Shown here: in pieces, positions 24,101-64,000 of the stretch
Layout of the letters: every line of letters begins with the position of its first letter
Position numbering within the stretch: position 1 is the first letter of the stretch
From: Podarcis vaucheri
Taxonomy: Eukaryota
Length of the DNA: 64,000 nt
Assembly: GCA_965113315.1 (NCBI GenBank)
Contig: OZ220367.1
Direction: 5' to 3' (one strand)
Program-made: the position numbers and the translations under genes
The notes under the pieces: model-generated
Told to the model about the DNA's origin: nothing
Database searches by the model: none
The model's input: only the letters and a program-made list of their open reading frames with translations

Positions 24101-24918
24101 TTATAGCAAGCAAAGGAAAGCCACTTGTGAAAGAGACACAATTAAAGGCCTTTACAAGTATTCTGCCTCTCCTCTGCATTTAATGGAAGTGTGTCGAGTG
24201 GCACTGCAATGACAAGCTCTTCCTCAGCCCCTGTGTACACATATATCTGTACACATGTATTTCTGCACCTCTGCAGTGCATCTACAATTATATGTGCATG
24301 AGCACAATCCGAAACCAGTGGAGAATTTGCTATGCACATATGGGGATACTATGCAGGGATGTTGCAAACGTCCCAATGGAAGAGGAGCCAGACACTGGAT
24401 GACTGAAAACAGTGCAAGCAATCAGGTATGCGTCCTCCAGATGTTGCTGTTGGACTCCAACTTCCAGGAAGTCATTTTGCTGGCCAAGCTTTCCCCAAGG
24501 CTGTATCTGCTGGGGGCAAAACACCTGTTGATTTGTGCCAAAAGAGACGCTGGCCAGGAGGAAACTGTAGCAACCCTATCAGGTGCAGCAGCACAACAGG
24601 GGAGGGGAGGGAGAATGGACCGGTTTTAGCATCTTTATTTTGTGTTTCGACCGCGTGGTGAGATTCCTGCATTGCAGGGGCTGGACTAGATGATCCCGGG
24701 GGTCCCTCCCAACTCCACAATTCTATGGTGCCATTATTCTAACCCCCGGATCTTCCGTTCCCCAGCCGGTCAGCCGCGGACCCCTCTTCCACCCCGGTTC
24801 CAGCTCCGCCGCCAGGTGAGCGCTGGCCTCTCTCCCCGTACCAGCAGTTCAGCTTGCGGACGCCGCTGAGGTCGGTGGCCTTTGCCCGGGACAGGACCAC
24901 CTTACGGGTCAGTTTCAT
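18049..24918 (-). CDS. CFAP410: Cilia- and flagella-associated protein 410 (C21orf2/LRRC76), LRR + LRRcap ciliary protein, complete
   Basis: complement join(24918-24842,24033-24015,22865-22819,20932-20703,20457-20283,19396-19300,18177-18049) = 774 nt, 257 aa. All introns are GT-AG. Protein [48 protein letters not shown]...ELYLRRNNI...[10 protein letters not shown]...[17 protein letters not shown]...[22 protein letters not shown]. Confidence 0.95.
18275..18395 (+). mobile_element. LINE (L2-like) 3' tail
   Basis: gctgcccagagtggctggggaaacccagccagatgggcggggtataaataataa(att)n. Confidence 0.65.
19300..19396 (-). CDS. CFAP410: CFAP410 exon 6
   Basis: cag|[32 protein letters not shown]|gtgcgt; closes frame between exons 5 and 7. 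Confidence 0.88.
19733..20193 (+). mobile_element. Rex1/Babar-clade LINE, 5'-truncated, nested in a hAT MITE (19624-20221)
   Basis: Frameshifted peptide [18 protein letters not shown]...[45 protein letters not shown] is the typical Rex1 ORF end; 3' aataaa-type signal and (tatcg)n-like tail. Confidence 0.78.
20283..20457 (-). CDS. CFAP410: CFAP410 exon 5
   Basis: cag|[57 protein letters not shown]|gtgaga. Confidence 0.9.
20703..20932 (-). CDS. CFAP410: CFAP410 exon 4 (LRR/LRRcap)
   Basis: tag|[76 protein letters not shown]|gtgtgt. Confidence 0.94.
22225..22560 (+). mobile_element. L2 LINE ORF2 3' fragment
   Basis: Encodes [22 protein letters not shown]...GPQYLKD.L...RALRSS...APCLWNALP...FR..AKTFL..QAF, the L2 C-terminal signature. 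Confidence 0.8.
22819..22865 (-). CDS. CFAP410: CFAP410 exon 3
   Basis: tag|[15 protein letters not shown](S)|gtatgt. Confidence 0.93.
24015..24033 (-). CDS. CFAP410: CFAP410 exon 2 (19-nt microexon)
   Basis: ttttag|G GGC AGC CGC ATC TCA GAT|gtaagt = (W)GSRISD; required to keep frame. Confidence 0.92.
24660..24728 (+). mobile_element. CR1 3' terminal fragment in CFAP410 intron 1
   Basis: gagattcctgcattgcaggggctggactagatgatcc..ggtccctcccaactccacaattctatg; matches the CR1 end at 27851-27915. Confidence 0.75.
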
Positions 24919-25300
24919 GGCCGCGGCGGGGTCGCCGGCCTTCCCGGGCCGGGTCGCCAAGGCCCGCTCGCCAGCTTCCGACGCGTTTCCAAGGGCGGGC
25001 CCGGGCGCAGGCGCAGACGCCTTCGCCTCCATCCCGCTCACGGCAGAGCCGGCACGCTGGGCCGGGGCGGGGCTTAAATTGCCTGCCCCGCCCCTCGCCC
25101 TCTTCACCCAGTGGCGCGAGCCTGAGCCAAACGACTTGCAGGGGCGGAGTTAGTCGCGGCTCTGGACCCCGAGGGGTGGAGTCAGATGAGTGGGCGGAGT
25201 CGCCGGGAGATCGTTAGTACCTTTTGGCGGCGTTGTGCTCTGCGCGTGCGCGTCAACTGAAATAGGAATGCAGCGGTTGACGGCGCTCGCCTGTTCCTCA
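24740..25300. promoter_or_regulatory. CpG island / CFAP410 promoter with GC boxes and an NRF1-type site
   Basis: The clearest CpG-dense non-repeat block in the window. Sp1-type GC boxes (ggggcggggc about 25064, ccccgcccc about 25086, ggggcggag 25141, gggcggag 25192). NRF1 consensus match tgcgcgtgcgcg at 25241-25252. Confidence 0.85.
24842..24918 (-). CDS. CFAP410: CFAP410 coding exon 1
   Basis: gcc[28 protein letters not shown](W)|gtacgg, inside the CpG island. Confidence 0.93.
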
Positions 25301-25479
25301 AATTAATTGTTATTATCGCTCCTACGTTTTTTTCCAGCCAAGAACCTCAAAAGTAGCATACATGGAGCTTAGGCCCCCCTTTTTTGAAATGCTAAAGCGA
25401 CCCTGTGCGGTTTGTATGTTTGACCCCGGTGTGGGTTAAGGTGGTATGTATGTATATTGAAACTATTTTTTATGAGTTT

Positions 25480-25610
25480 TGCTTCTATCTTGTCTTTCCT
25501 CTAAGGAACTAAAAGTAGCACGTGCTGTTTCTTCCACTCCCAATTTATCCTTACAGCGAACCTGTAAAGTAGACTAGGCTGAGAGATTGCAACCCGCCCA
25601 GGGCAAAGCT
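25480..25610 (-). mobile_element. MIR/Ther1 (Squam3)-like SINE remnant; a second decayed copy at about 25315-25430
   Basis: tttatccttacagcgaacctgtaaagtagactaggctgagaga resembles the reverse of the MIR core. Confidence 0.45.
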
Positions 25611-25837
25611 TGGCAGCCTGAGTCTATACCTCAGATAATCTGGGCAGGGACAGTAATATCCAACAAATAAAGCTAAACTTCATAAGCAGTTATACTTGAG
25701 TGAGGAACATTGCACTAAAACTATTTGAAATATACTGTTCTGACTCAGTTTGTAGATCCATCAGGCACACAAAAGTTCTAGCCATTACATGCCTATCCTG
25801 TACCCATTTACTTAGAGGTTTTGATGATTAAGCAGTA

Positions 25838-26065
25838 CAGTTGCACCTTGGTTTTCGAAAGTAATCCGTCTAAGTTCTGAAACGTTTGAAAACTGAGGCG
25901 CAAAGGGCGGCCTGCAAATTTAATTGAGAAAATTGAGAAACACTCAGCGGAAGCTGTTCGACTTCCAAGGCACATTCGAAAATGGAAGCATTTACTTCTG
26001 GGTTTTCGGCCTTCAAGTTCCGAAATGTTTGTCAACAGAGATGTTTGAAAACCAAGGCACCTCTG
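25838..26065. mobile_element. Tc1/mariner (Tigger-like) MITE with TA TSD
   Basis: ta|CAGTTGCACCTTGGTTTTCGAA ... TTTGAAAACCAAGGCACCTCTG|ta. Confidence 0.78.
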
Positions 26066-27850
26066 TATATTAATCCTGGTAAAATAAATTTACTTTGCAG
26101 TTGGCTCCATTGCTGCTAGTGTAACATCCAGTCTTCAGAAAGAACTATGCAAATTTTAAAAGTTTCTAAATAAATAAAAACAAACTTTTGAGTTACAACA
26201 TTATGTGGCTGGCAGCTTTGTTTTGTTTTTGCTAATTTATTATGTATTTTGTGTTTTCATGTTGTAAACCACCTTGTGATCTTCAGGTGAAGTGTGGTAT
26301 ATAAATTTAAACAACAACAATACCTTGTTTTTCACTGTATCTGTTTCTCTTAATAACATGGGCCGCAGATGCCCATGATTACCTAGGCAGCTACATCACC
26401 CACACATTAGCAATTGATAAATGGCATATATATATATAAAATGCAAGGTAAAAATCACAAGAATGGAACAAATGAGTTTGGGGAAAATGCAGTAGCTGAG
26501 TGAGGATGGGCAAATTTAAAACAAGATGGAGATTATTATAACTTGGTAACTAACAAGACTTAAATATTATAGATAGGATCATACTTTCCTGAAGACCATA
26601 GTTGCAGCTTGTAACTGTTCCTAGTCTTTTGTACTCTCTCCTAAAGAATTGGGATTTTGCCAGAATTAGCCATGATCTGGTAATCTCTAGATTAATTACC
26701 ACAACAAATTTCACTCTTACTGGAGTTGCCACTGCTTAGAAGTTTAACTTTGGACAATTTGCAGCTGCTGAGTTTATTTATTTTTATTATTTGCTGTCAT
26801 CTGTAGCCTCATCGCAAGAGTTTTCTATTTGTTGTTGACTAATACAATATTACACGAGTACACTTGTACTGGCTACAATTAAACTTCTGGGCACACAAAT
26901 CAAAGTTCTGATTCTTTTTTTTAAATCCCCGTAAAGTCAGAAATTGTCAGGACTTGGCATACTTGAGAAACAACTTTTGTGTTTGTGAACTTTGTCCCCT
27001 GTTGTGATCTGGTCATATGGCCCTTGGTGTCCTTTCTATGGACTTTAAGGGAGGCAACTAAACTATCCATTACCATGAAATGCCTAATTATGCTTTTTAT
27101 GGTGCTTAATTATGTAGTCCCTGAATGCAGCTGGGCTTCCATTCTTGTGGTCGTCTTCTTGTTGCTTGTGTCGTTTGCACTGATTTGTAAACTTTCCTGT
27201 GTTTTATTTATTGGTGTATTTACTGTTTTATCTCACTTTTTATATTTTAACTGTTGGCAACCACCTTGAGGGCTGTTATGATATGGTGGTACTGTATGTA
27301 GGTTAACAAAAATCCATAAAAGGATACATTTCCTTGAGGAAAGATGTCTAGAGCTTGTGCAACAAATAAGTGACAACTTGGCATTTATACTACAGTGTGG
27401 ATGGAAAAAGATGCTTGTCTCTGACCACCCTTTATCTCAGTCACCAGAGCACCTTTCATATTTCTTCAGCATATATCCTAGAAGCTGTTTGGTGACCTTG
27501 ATGTCTGAGATTAATGTACTTTCCATCTTTTCTAAAGTAATTTTTTACATAATTGCCTGTTGGTTTTTCCTTTCACAGAGCTGTAAAAACTTGAAAAGCA
27601 CTCCTATTCATGGGCACTCAGGGGCACCTTCTAAGCTCATTAGAGCTTTAGACATACTTGCCTAAATAGACTTGGATCAGGACCTCAGTGGTTATATTGT
27701 AGACAGCACGATGCCAGCCAGATGGTGGGGTGGAGGGCATCTAAGTTGGCTGAGAAAAGAAGCAGCTAAATCAGGAATAGCCAATGTGGTGCCTGTTGTG
27801 GGCCATAGCTCCCATCTGACTGAGCCAGCATGACCAATGGTTGGTGATAA

Positions 27851-28435
27851 TAGAATCCTAGAATTGAAGGGATCCTGAGGGTCATCTTGACCAACCCCCT
27901 GCAATGCAGGAATCTCAACTAATGCATCTGTGACAGATGGCCATCCAACCTCTGCTTAAAAACTTCCAAGGAAGGAGAGTCTACCACCTCCTGAGGGAGT
28001 CCATTCCACTGTCAAACAGCTCTTAATGTCAGAAAGTTCTTCCTGAAGTTTAGTTGCAATCTCCTTTTTTGTAACTTGAAGCCATTGGTTTGTGTCCTAC
28101 CCTCCAAAGCAAGAGAAAACAAGCTTGCTCCATATTCCATGTGACAGTCCTTTAGATATTTGAAGATAGCCATCATATTTCCTCCCTGACTCCTCTTTAC
28201 CATGCTAAACATACACAACTCCTTCAACCATTTATCATAAGGCTTGGTTTCCAGATCTTTGGTCATCTTGGTTTCCCTCCTCTGCACATGTTCCACCTTG
28301 TCAATACCTTCTTCAATTGTGGTGCCCAGAAGTAAACACAGTATTCCAGGTGGGGTCTGACCAAGGCAGAATAGAGTGGTACTATTACTTCCGTTCATCT
28401 GGACACTGCACTTCTGATGCAGCCTAAAATAGCAT
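27851..28435 (-). mobile_element. CR1 LINE, 5'-truncated (end of ORF2 + 3' UTR)
   Basis: ORF-track 28012-28398 peptide [19 protein letters not shown]...LKEL.MFS..KR..G.M..IFKYLK...LFS...GRT..NGFKL...R..L..RKNFLT.RAV; CR1 3' end with attcta repeats. Confidence 0.9.
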
Positions 28436-28936
28436 ATGAGAATAGAATGGTGATGAGAGTTGTAGTATAAAACTTAGAAATGGAGGGGATCACATGAGCT
28501 AACCCTGTGCTAGAGCTTATGCTACATATGTATTAAACTACTGATTTATTAACTAGAATCTCCAGTTAAAAGACCTTTGCCTGAGAGCTTGGAGAAGTAA
28601 TGGTCAAAGGAAATACTTTAGGGATCACTGGCCTAAGCATCATGAGTCTCATGTGCAGCAGATGTATTAATAAGGTGATATAATAAAGAGGTGGTCTAAT
28701 AGATAGTACTAGATGAGATTAAAGGTGAGTGGAATGCTTTCCCATGTTAAAAAAAACATTTTAAGTAGAAAACTATCATATTGGGGACAGCATTCTGGCT
28801 CAGCCTGTCACTTATTTTGCTGCTTTGGTAACTAGTACTTTGTGAGATAGGTGACTTACTATATCTCCATTAAAATACAATAATGCTTTACGCAATGCAA
28901 TGTCATTTTCAATTATCATTATATCAATGATAATAG

Positions 28937-28959
28937 TGTGTGTGTGTGTGTGTGTGTGT
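28937..28959. repeat. (GT)n microsatellite
   Basis: Direct reading. Confidence 0.9.
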
Positions 28960-31409
28960 AGGAAGGGAGTCTTATCTTTTTAGAACTTTTCCCATTTGGC
29001 TCTTATTCCCACCTTTAAATAATTTATTTAAAATGGTTTTGCATGTGTACATGGAAAGCTAAAATAAGGACTTCTGCTTTTAAATGCATTGCTCACGGAT
29101 ATTTTTATAAATAAACAATCTCCACTAGAAATGATTTTCTCCATCCACAACATTATTTTGGGGACAGCTATTTATCAATACGTAAAGGGAAGACCCATGA
29201 AGTGGTAAGTGAATTTTGACCCTTGCTTTTACCACAAAGGATCCAACAGATATGGCAGCTGGAAGCATGTACTGCTAGCGCAGTACATGCAGTAGTATCT
29301 ATAAGGCTGGACTGTTGTGGTTGCATGTAGTCACAGTCTCTAAGATTTTCATGCAGGCCTTCTACCTTGGGCCATTCCTTGGCTTTCCCCCCAAACAATT
29401 TAGTGTATTTTATCCTGATTATATGGAATATTGTGAGCTAAATGCAGTTATTCACTCTGGAGAATTGTTAGCCTATTTTTACAAGAATGTCACCTTAACA
29501 CTAGCAGGAAGGAGTGTCGGCTAATTGCAGTCGAATATACTGCATCCATACTGTATGCAGATCAGACCCCAGAGGCATCTTCTTATTGGGGCATTATTTG
29601 TTTCTGATACATGTGGACTAGTAGCCACATTGGAACATGCATCAAAAAGCAAATTGACTTTTGCCCCATCATTTGTATTGCTCATTTGGGGAAGCTCCTC
29701 AACGGGACTGTTCAAAAACTAGACTGCTTTGTCTACAATTGTTCAAGACAGATGTGTGACTCTACACCACACAATCTAGCAAACTCTGGATTTGTCTTCC
29801 TGTCCCAAGCTCTTGAGTGGGGCTGGGGACAGTTTCTTTCTGCAGTGTGATTTGTTGGCAAGCTGCCAACCCTTGATCTGTCTCCTCCTCTTAACTGCAG
29901 TCACTTCAGAAAGGCTTCCTCTTTCTCCAGCCATAAAGTGACCAGCTTGCAGCATGAGACAGAGGTATGTCCCTCGTGTCTGGCAGGAAGTACATGAGTA
30001 GGAGTGGGATCGGGAGGATGCTGCAGGAAAGGTAGAGACAAGCTGTTTGTGTGTGTGGCTTTTCGTTGCAAATTCTAAGAACCTTTAAAATGGGGGGAGG
30101 GGGGCTGAAGTAGCAAAGGCTGGGAATTTGCACCTAAGTGATGCTTTGCACATTTAGAGATGGATAAAACAGTCTCTGCAGAAATTGCTTAGTAATTCTA
30201 CTGACTGGACTGAAATACTCTGCACTGCAAGGTCAGGAGAAATCCTTGGTGCATTTTAAACAGTCTGAGATCGCTTTGTGCAATGCACACGGAACTGGAT
30301 GCTTATGTGCATAGAGATATTAACTGTACGTGCATGCGTGAATGAGTTGATGCTTCGTATTTTCTTCTTTCAAGCTGTACCTCATTAGCTAATGTGTATT
30401 TATTCAGAAGTATGTGGATTCAATGTTTCTTACTCCTAAATAAGTGTGCATAGGATTGCAGTTTATGCCTATAGGAAAACCTTGGCAAAGTGCTTACAGC
30501 GAGACCATTTATGAGACTATCCAGAGCTAGAAAAATGTCTTTTTGATTTTTGGAGTTAGAATGACATTTTTAGGAAGCTGCTGTGACAAAAGTGCAATCA
30601 GTAATAGAGCACATGCTGATACTTTTTATTGGGCTCTCAGCTGATGTGAACTTTGCTGGTTACACCATTCCCAATTATATCTCCACCTTCCCTTTGCTAG
30701 AAATATTTGAAGCATCATAAAAACCACCTGGGGTCATTAGTCTCTAGTGGCATAATACGTGTTGTTTCAGATGTTTCCTTAAGTGAATTTTAAAAGGGAG
30801 GGGGATAATTGAATTACTAATCTTAAGAAAACAGTTTAAGATGCAGTATTGGAGCCAGAAAATGTAGATAACTCATATAAATGAAGAGACTTACCATAGT
30901 TTGCCCATTTGTATGTTTTTGTCTAAAATTTCTCAAGTGTTTTCCAACTAAAGAGAGATCAGGGTGGTGTGTAGAGAGGCACTGCTTACAGTAGGCATAC
31001 AGCACAATTCTAAGCATGTTGGAAGTCTCACTGAATTCAGATGGGCTTGCTGCCTTGAAAGTATGCTCAGAATTGCAGCCTTAATGTGAGAACAACTGCT
31101 GTGCCTTTTCTTGTGGAAAAGACATTACATCTAGTAACAGATATAAGGATTTGCCATTATTAAAGACTTTGGGTCTCCATGTCACCTTCTACCACCTTGT
31201 GTACCAGTCACTCCTTAAACATTGGTACCTAAGATGCCTGGGTAGAAGACTAATAATGTATCCAATAAAGGTGGGTTTCTCTGCTGCATAGCAGAAATTT
31301 CTTTCAGTGCAGACAACAGCAGAAAACTGGATTGGATACTGGAAAGTATGTGAGAAAGAATTATTGACCAAACAGATTTTGCCATGATTCCCATAAAACG
31401 TTAGGACAG

Positions 31410-31546
31410 AAATTGGAAGCCTGTGTGGCCTTCCAGATGTTGTTGGACTCTAACTCTCATCCCCCCCAGCCAACATAGCCAATTGTCCGGGATGATGGGA
31501 GCTATAGTCTAGCCACTGCTGGAGGGCCACAGATTCCCTACCCCTG
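31410..31546. mobile_element. hAT MITE (about 135-bp family)
   Basis: gtggccttccagatgttgttggact...gggatgatgggagctatagtc...tggagggccacagattccctacccctg. Confidence 0.7.
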
Positions 31547-31553
31547 TGTTAGA

Positions 31554-31638
31554 CTGTCAACTTTTCCCTTTTCTTGCGAGGAATCCTATTCGGAATAAGG
31601 GAATTTCCCTTTAAAAAGGGGGAAAGTTGACAGCTATG
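31554..31638. mobile_element. About 85-bp palindromic mini-MITE
   Basis: ctgtcaacttttccctttt ... aaaaagggggaaagttgacag inverted ends. Confidence 0.6.
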
Positions 31639-31764
31639 GTTAGGGCGTTATGATATAGTGGAAGATGCAGAAAGTATTAAGATTATTTTATATTTTACTA
31701 TACATTTGTCTTGTCTACAAATAAGCAGCATCAGTCAGGGGGATCTAGTCTAACTAGAAATAAG

Positions 31765-31847
31765 CACCTGGTTGACCACGGTGAGAACAGGATGCTAGAC
31801 TAGATGGGCCTTTGACCTGATCCAGCAAGGCTCTTTTTGTGTTTTTA
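31765..31847 (+). mobile_element. CR1/L3-type 3' end fragment
   Basis: ctggttgaccacggtgagaacaggatgctagactagatgggcctttgacctgatccagcaaggctctt; reverse-strand relatives at about 18435-18550 and 49441-49530. Confidence 0.55.
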
Positions 31848-32205
31848 AGACTTTCTCCTGCTGTTGCTCAATTAACTGGACAACATTTATCCCTGTAGCT
31901 CAGTGATTTTTTCAGCATGTTAGTACTTAAAATATATTTGCGTACCTTGAATACTAGTCATAACCTCAGTGTTGTGGTACTATCTGAACTTAGGGGAATC
32001 TAGCAAATTCACCATAATACTTAAATTGAAATATGAGAAAATGATGGAAGTGCTTCAGTCAGCAGATCCATTTTGGTGTTTCCAAAATGCAGGTAGTGCA
32101 CTCCTGTTGAATTCCACTATCTCTGAGGTGATGGTTTTGAGGGATCCTTTTCCAGTTGTGTTTGAAGTCTGAACAGCATCAGTGAGTGACCTGAGAAATA
32201 TAGCC

Positions 32206-62683
<30,478 letters not shown>

Positions 62684-63559
62684 GGACACAGGACCATCAC
62701 CCTTAGTCTTCCTCCCATTTCTCTCTCAGCTCTTTAAAAATGCAGCAAAACCTGACTGACATCTTTCCCTCTGGTGATTTTCTTTGTGCATTTTCTTTTT
62801 CCTGTGTGCAGAATAACACTTCAGCTGACCCTCACAAAACGACTGTAGAAAGCAATGTAATCTTGGCCTTTGCATAACAGTTAGTATTTGCCCATAGAAG
62901 GAAAAGGGGCAGAGCATTCTTTTGTTGTTCTTCCTGGAGCAGGGCTGCTGGGGCACTGGATTTCCTTTTCAGCTGTTCCATTGGCTAACAATATATCTTG
63001 CAACCGATACAGATAATCCTAGCGCTCAGGATGGCATTCTAAATCTGCAAATTAGGCAGTGCAGTGGGGCCTGATTCTGGTTAGGATCACTGGTTAGGTA
63101 ATGGAAAGAGGTTCTGGTTAGGTAATGGAAAGAGGCCGGTTGCACTGCCTTCAAGATGCATGTCCTCTCATCAATGCTGCCTTTGGAAAAAGTAGTCCTG
63201 TGTCCAGCATACAAGCCATTTTCCAAAGACTCTGGAGCTAGGAATTTGTCGCAAGTAGAAGACTATCAGCTTTCAGTAGATCAATTCACAGGTCTGATGT
63301 TGTTCCGTGATAAGTCTTTGGCATAATGAGCTGGAGAAGCATCTCTGAACCAGGCATTAGTGGTTGCCAAGGTTAAGAGAAGGCGGCTCTTCCACTGCTA
63401 CCTATTGCTTTGCTTTCATCAATGCAGTTCTGGCCAAGTTGAGGCTGGAAATTCATTCTGACACTGGGGTTTTTTTAAAAGTATAACCAAATCCGTTCTT
63501 TGCTGTGGAGATATGTCAAGGCAGAAGGAACCTCTGCACAAGGCTTCTTACTGTTTTAC

Positions 63560-63831
63560 ATTTATATACTACCTTTTCCTTCAAGGAGCTTAAGTTGGTG
63601 CAAATGGCTCTTCCCTCTCCTTTTCTGTGAGGTAGGTTATGTGAGGGGAAGCCCAGCCAGATGGGCGGGGTATAAATAATAAATTATTATTATTAGTGGA
63701 GAGACAGTGACTGGTCCAAGGTCACTTTTCTGTGAAGTAGGTTATGTGGCAAGACAGTGACTGGTCCAAAGTCTCCCAGTAAGCTTCATGGCTGAATGGG
63801 GATTTGAACCTTGGTCTCCCAGGTCCTAGTC
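63560..63831 (-). mobile_element. MIR/Squam3-like SINE with an internal duplication and an L2-like tail insertion (63645-63695)
   Basis: agacagtgactggtccaa occurs twice; cccagtaagcttcatggctgaatggggatttgaaccttggtctcccaggtcctagtcc. Confidence 0.6.
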
Positions 63832-64000
63832 CAGGGGTCTGCAACCTTTAAGACAAAAAGAGCCACTTGGACCCGTTTCCGAAGGAAAAAAAACTGGGAG
63901 CCGCAAAACTCGTCATTATAAAAATAAGTTTTTTGTCACTTTATTATTTCTTTGTTTGACCCCTCAGAATTACTCCTCCTCATAGAAATAAACGTTAAAT
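63832..64000. mobile_element. Left end of a hAT element (runs off the window)
   Basis: CAGGGGTCTGCAACCTTT...aagagcca; hAT-type TIR. Confidence 0.55.

Overview
Eukaryotic (vertebrate) genomic DNA. The repeat content (Sauria/Squam1-type SINE, CR1, L2, Rex1, small hAT MITEs) points to a squamate, probably a lacertid lizard; that is inference. The window holds three intact, spliced protein-coding genes in the order and orientation known from human chr21q22.3. (1) The 3' half of PFKL (liver 6-phosphofructokinase, + strand, last 10 coding exons, 608-11767). (2) A complete CFAP410/C21orf2 (- strand, 7 coding exons, 24918-18049, 257 aa) with a CpG-island promoter at about 24740-25300. (3) A complete TRPM2 channel (+ strand, 32 coding exons, 32206-62683, 1507 aa). 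I traced every exon by hand through its splice sites and all reading frames close. Almost all entries in the supplied ORF track are spurious or exon/intron read-throughs. I found no evidence of a new multi-gene system. The most unusual items are: two SINE-like retroposons with different tRNA heads (Asn, Lys) on the same CR1 3' tail, with the matching CR1 LINE in the window; a GC-AG intron in PFKL; an in-frame upstream ATG in CFAP410; a hAT element with intact target-site duplication (TSD) and nested internal palindromes; repeated LINE insertion into one MITE family; and a candidate alternative last exon of TRPM2. Repeat family names come from recalled consensus motifs and need RepeatMasker/Dfam confirmation.
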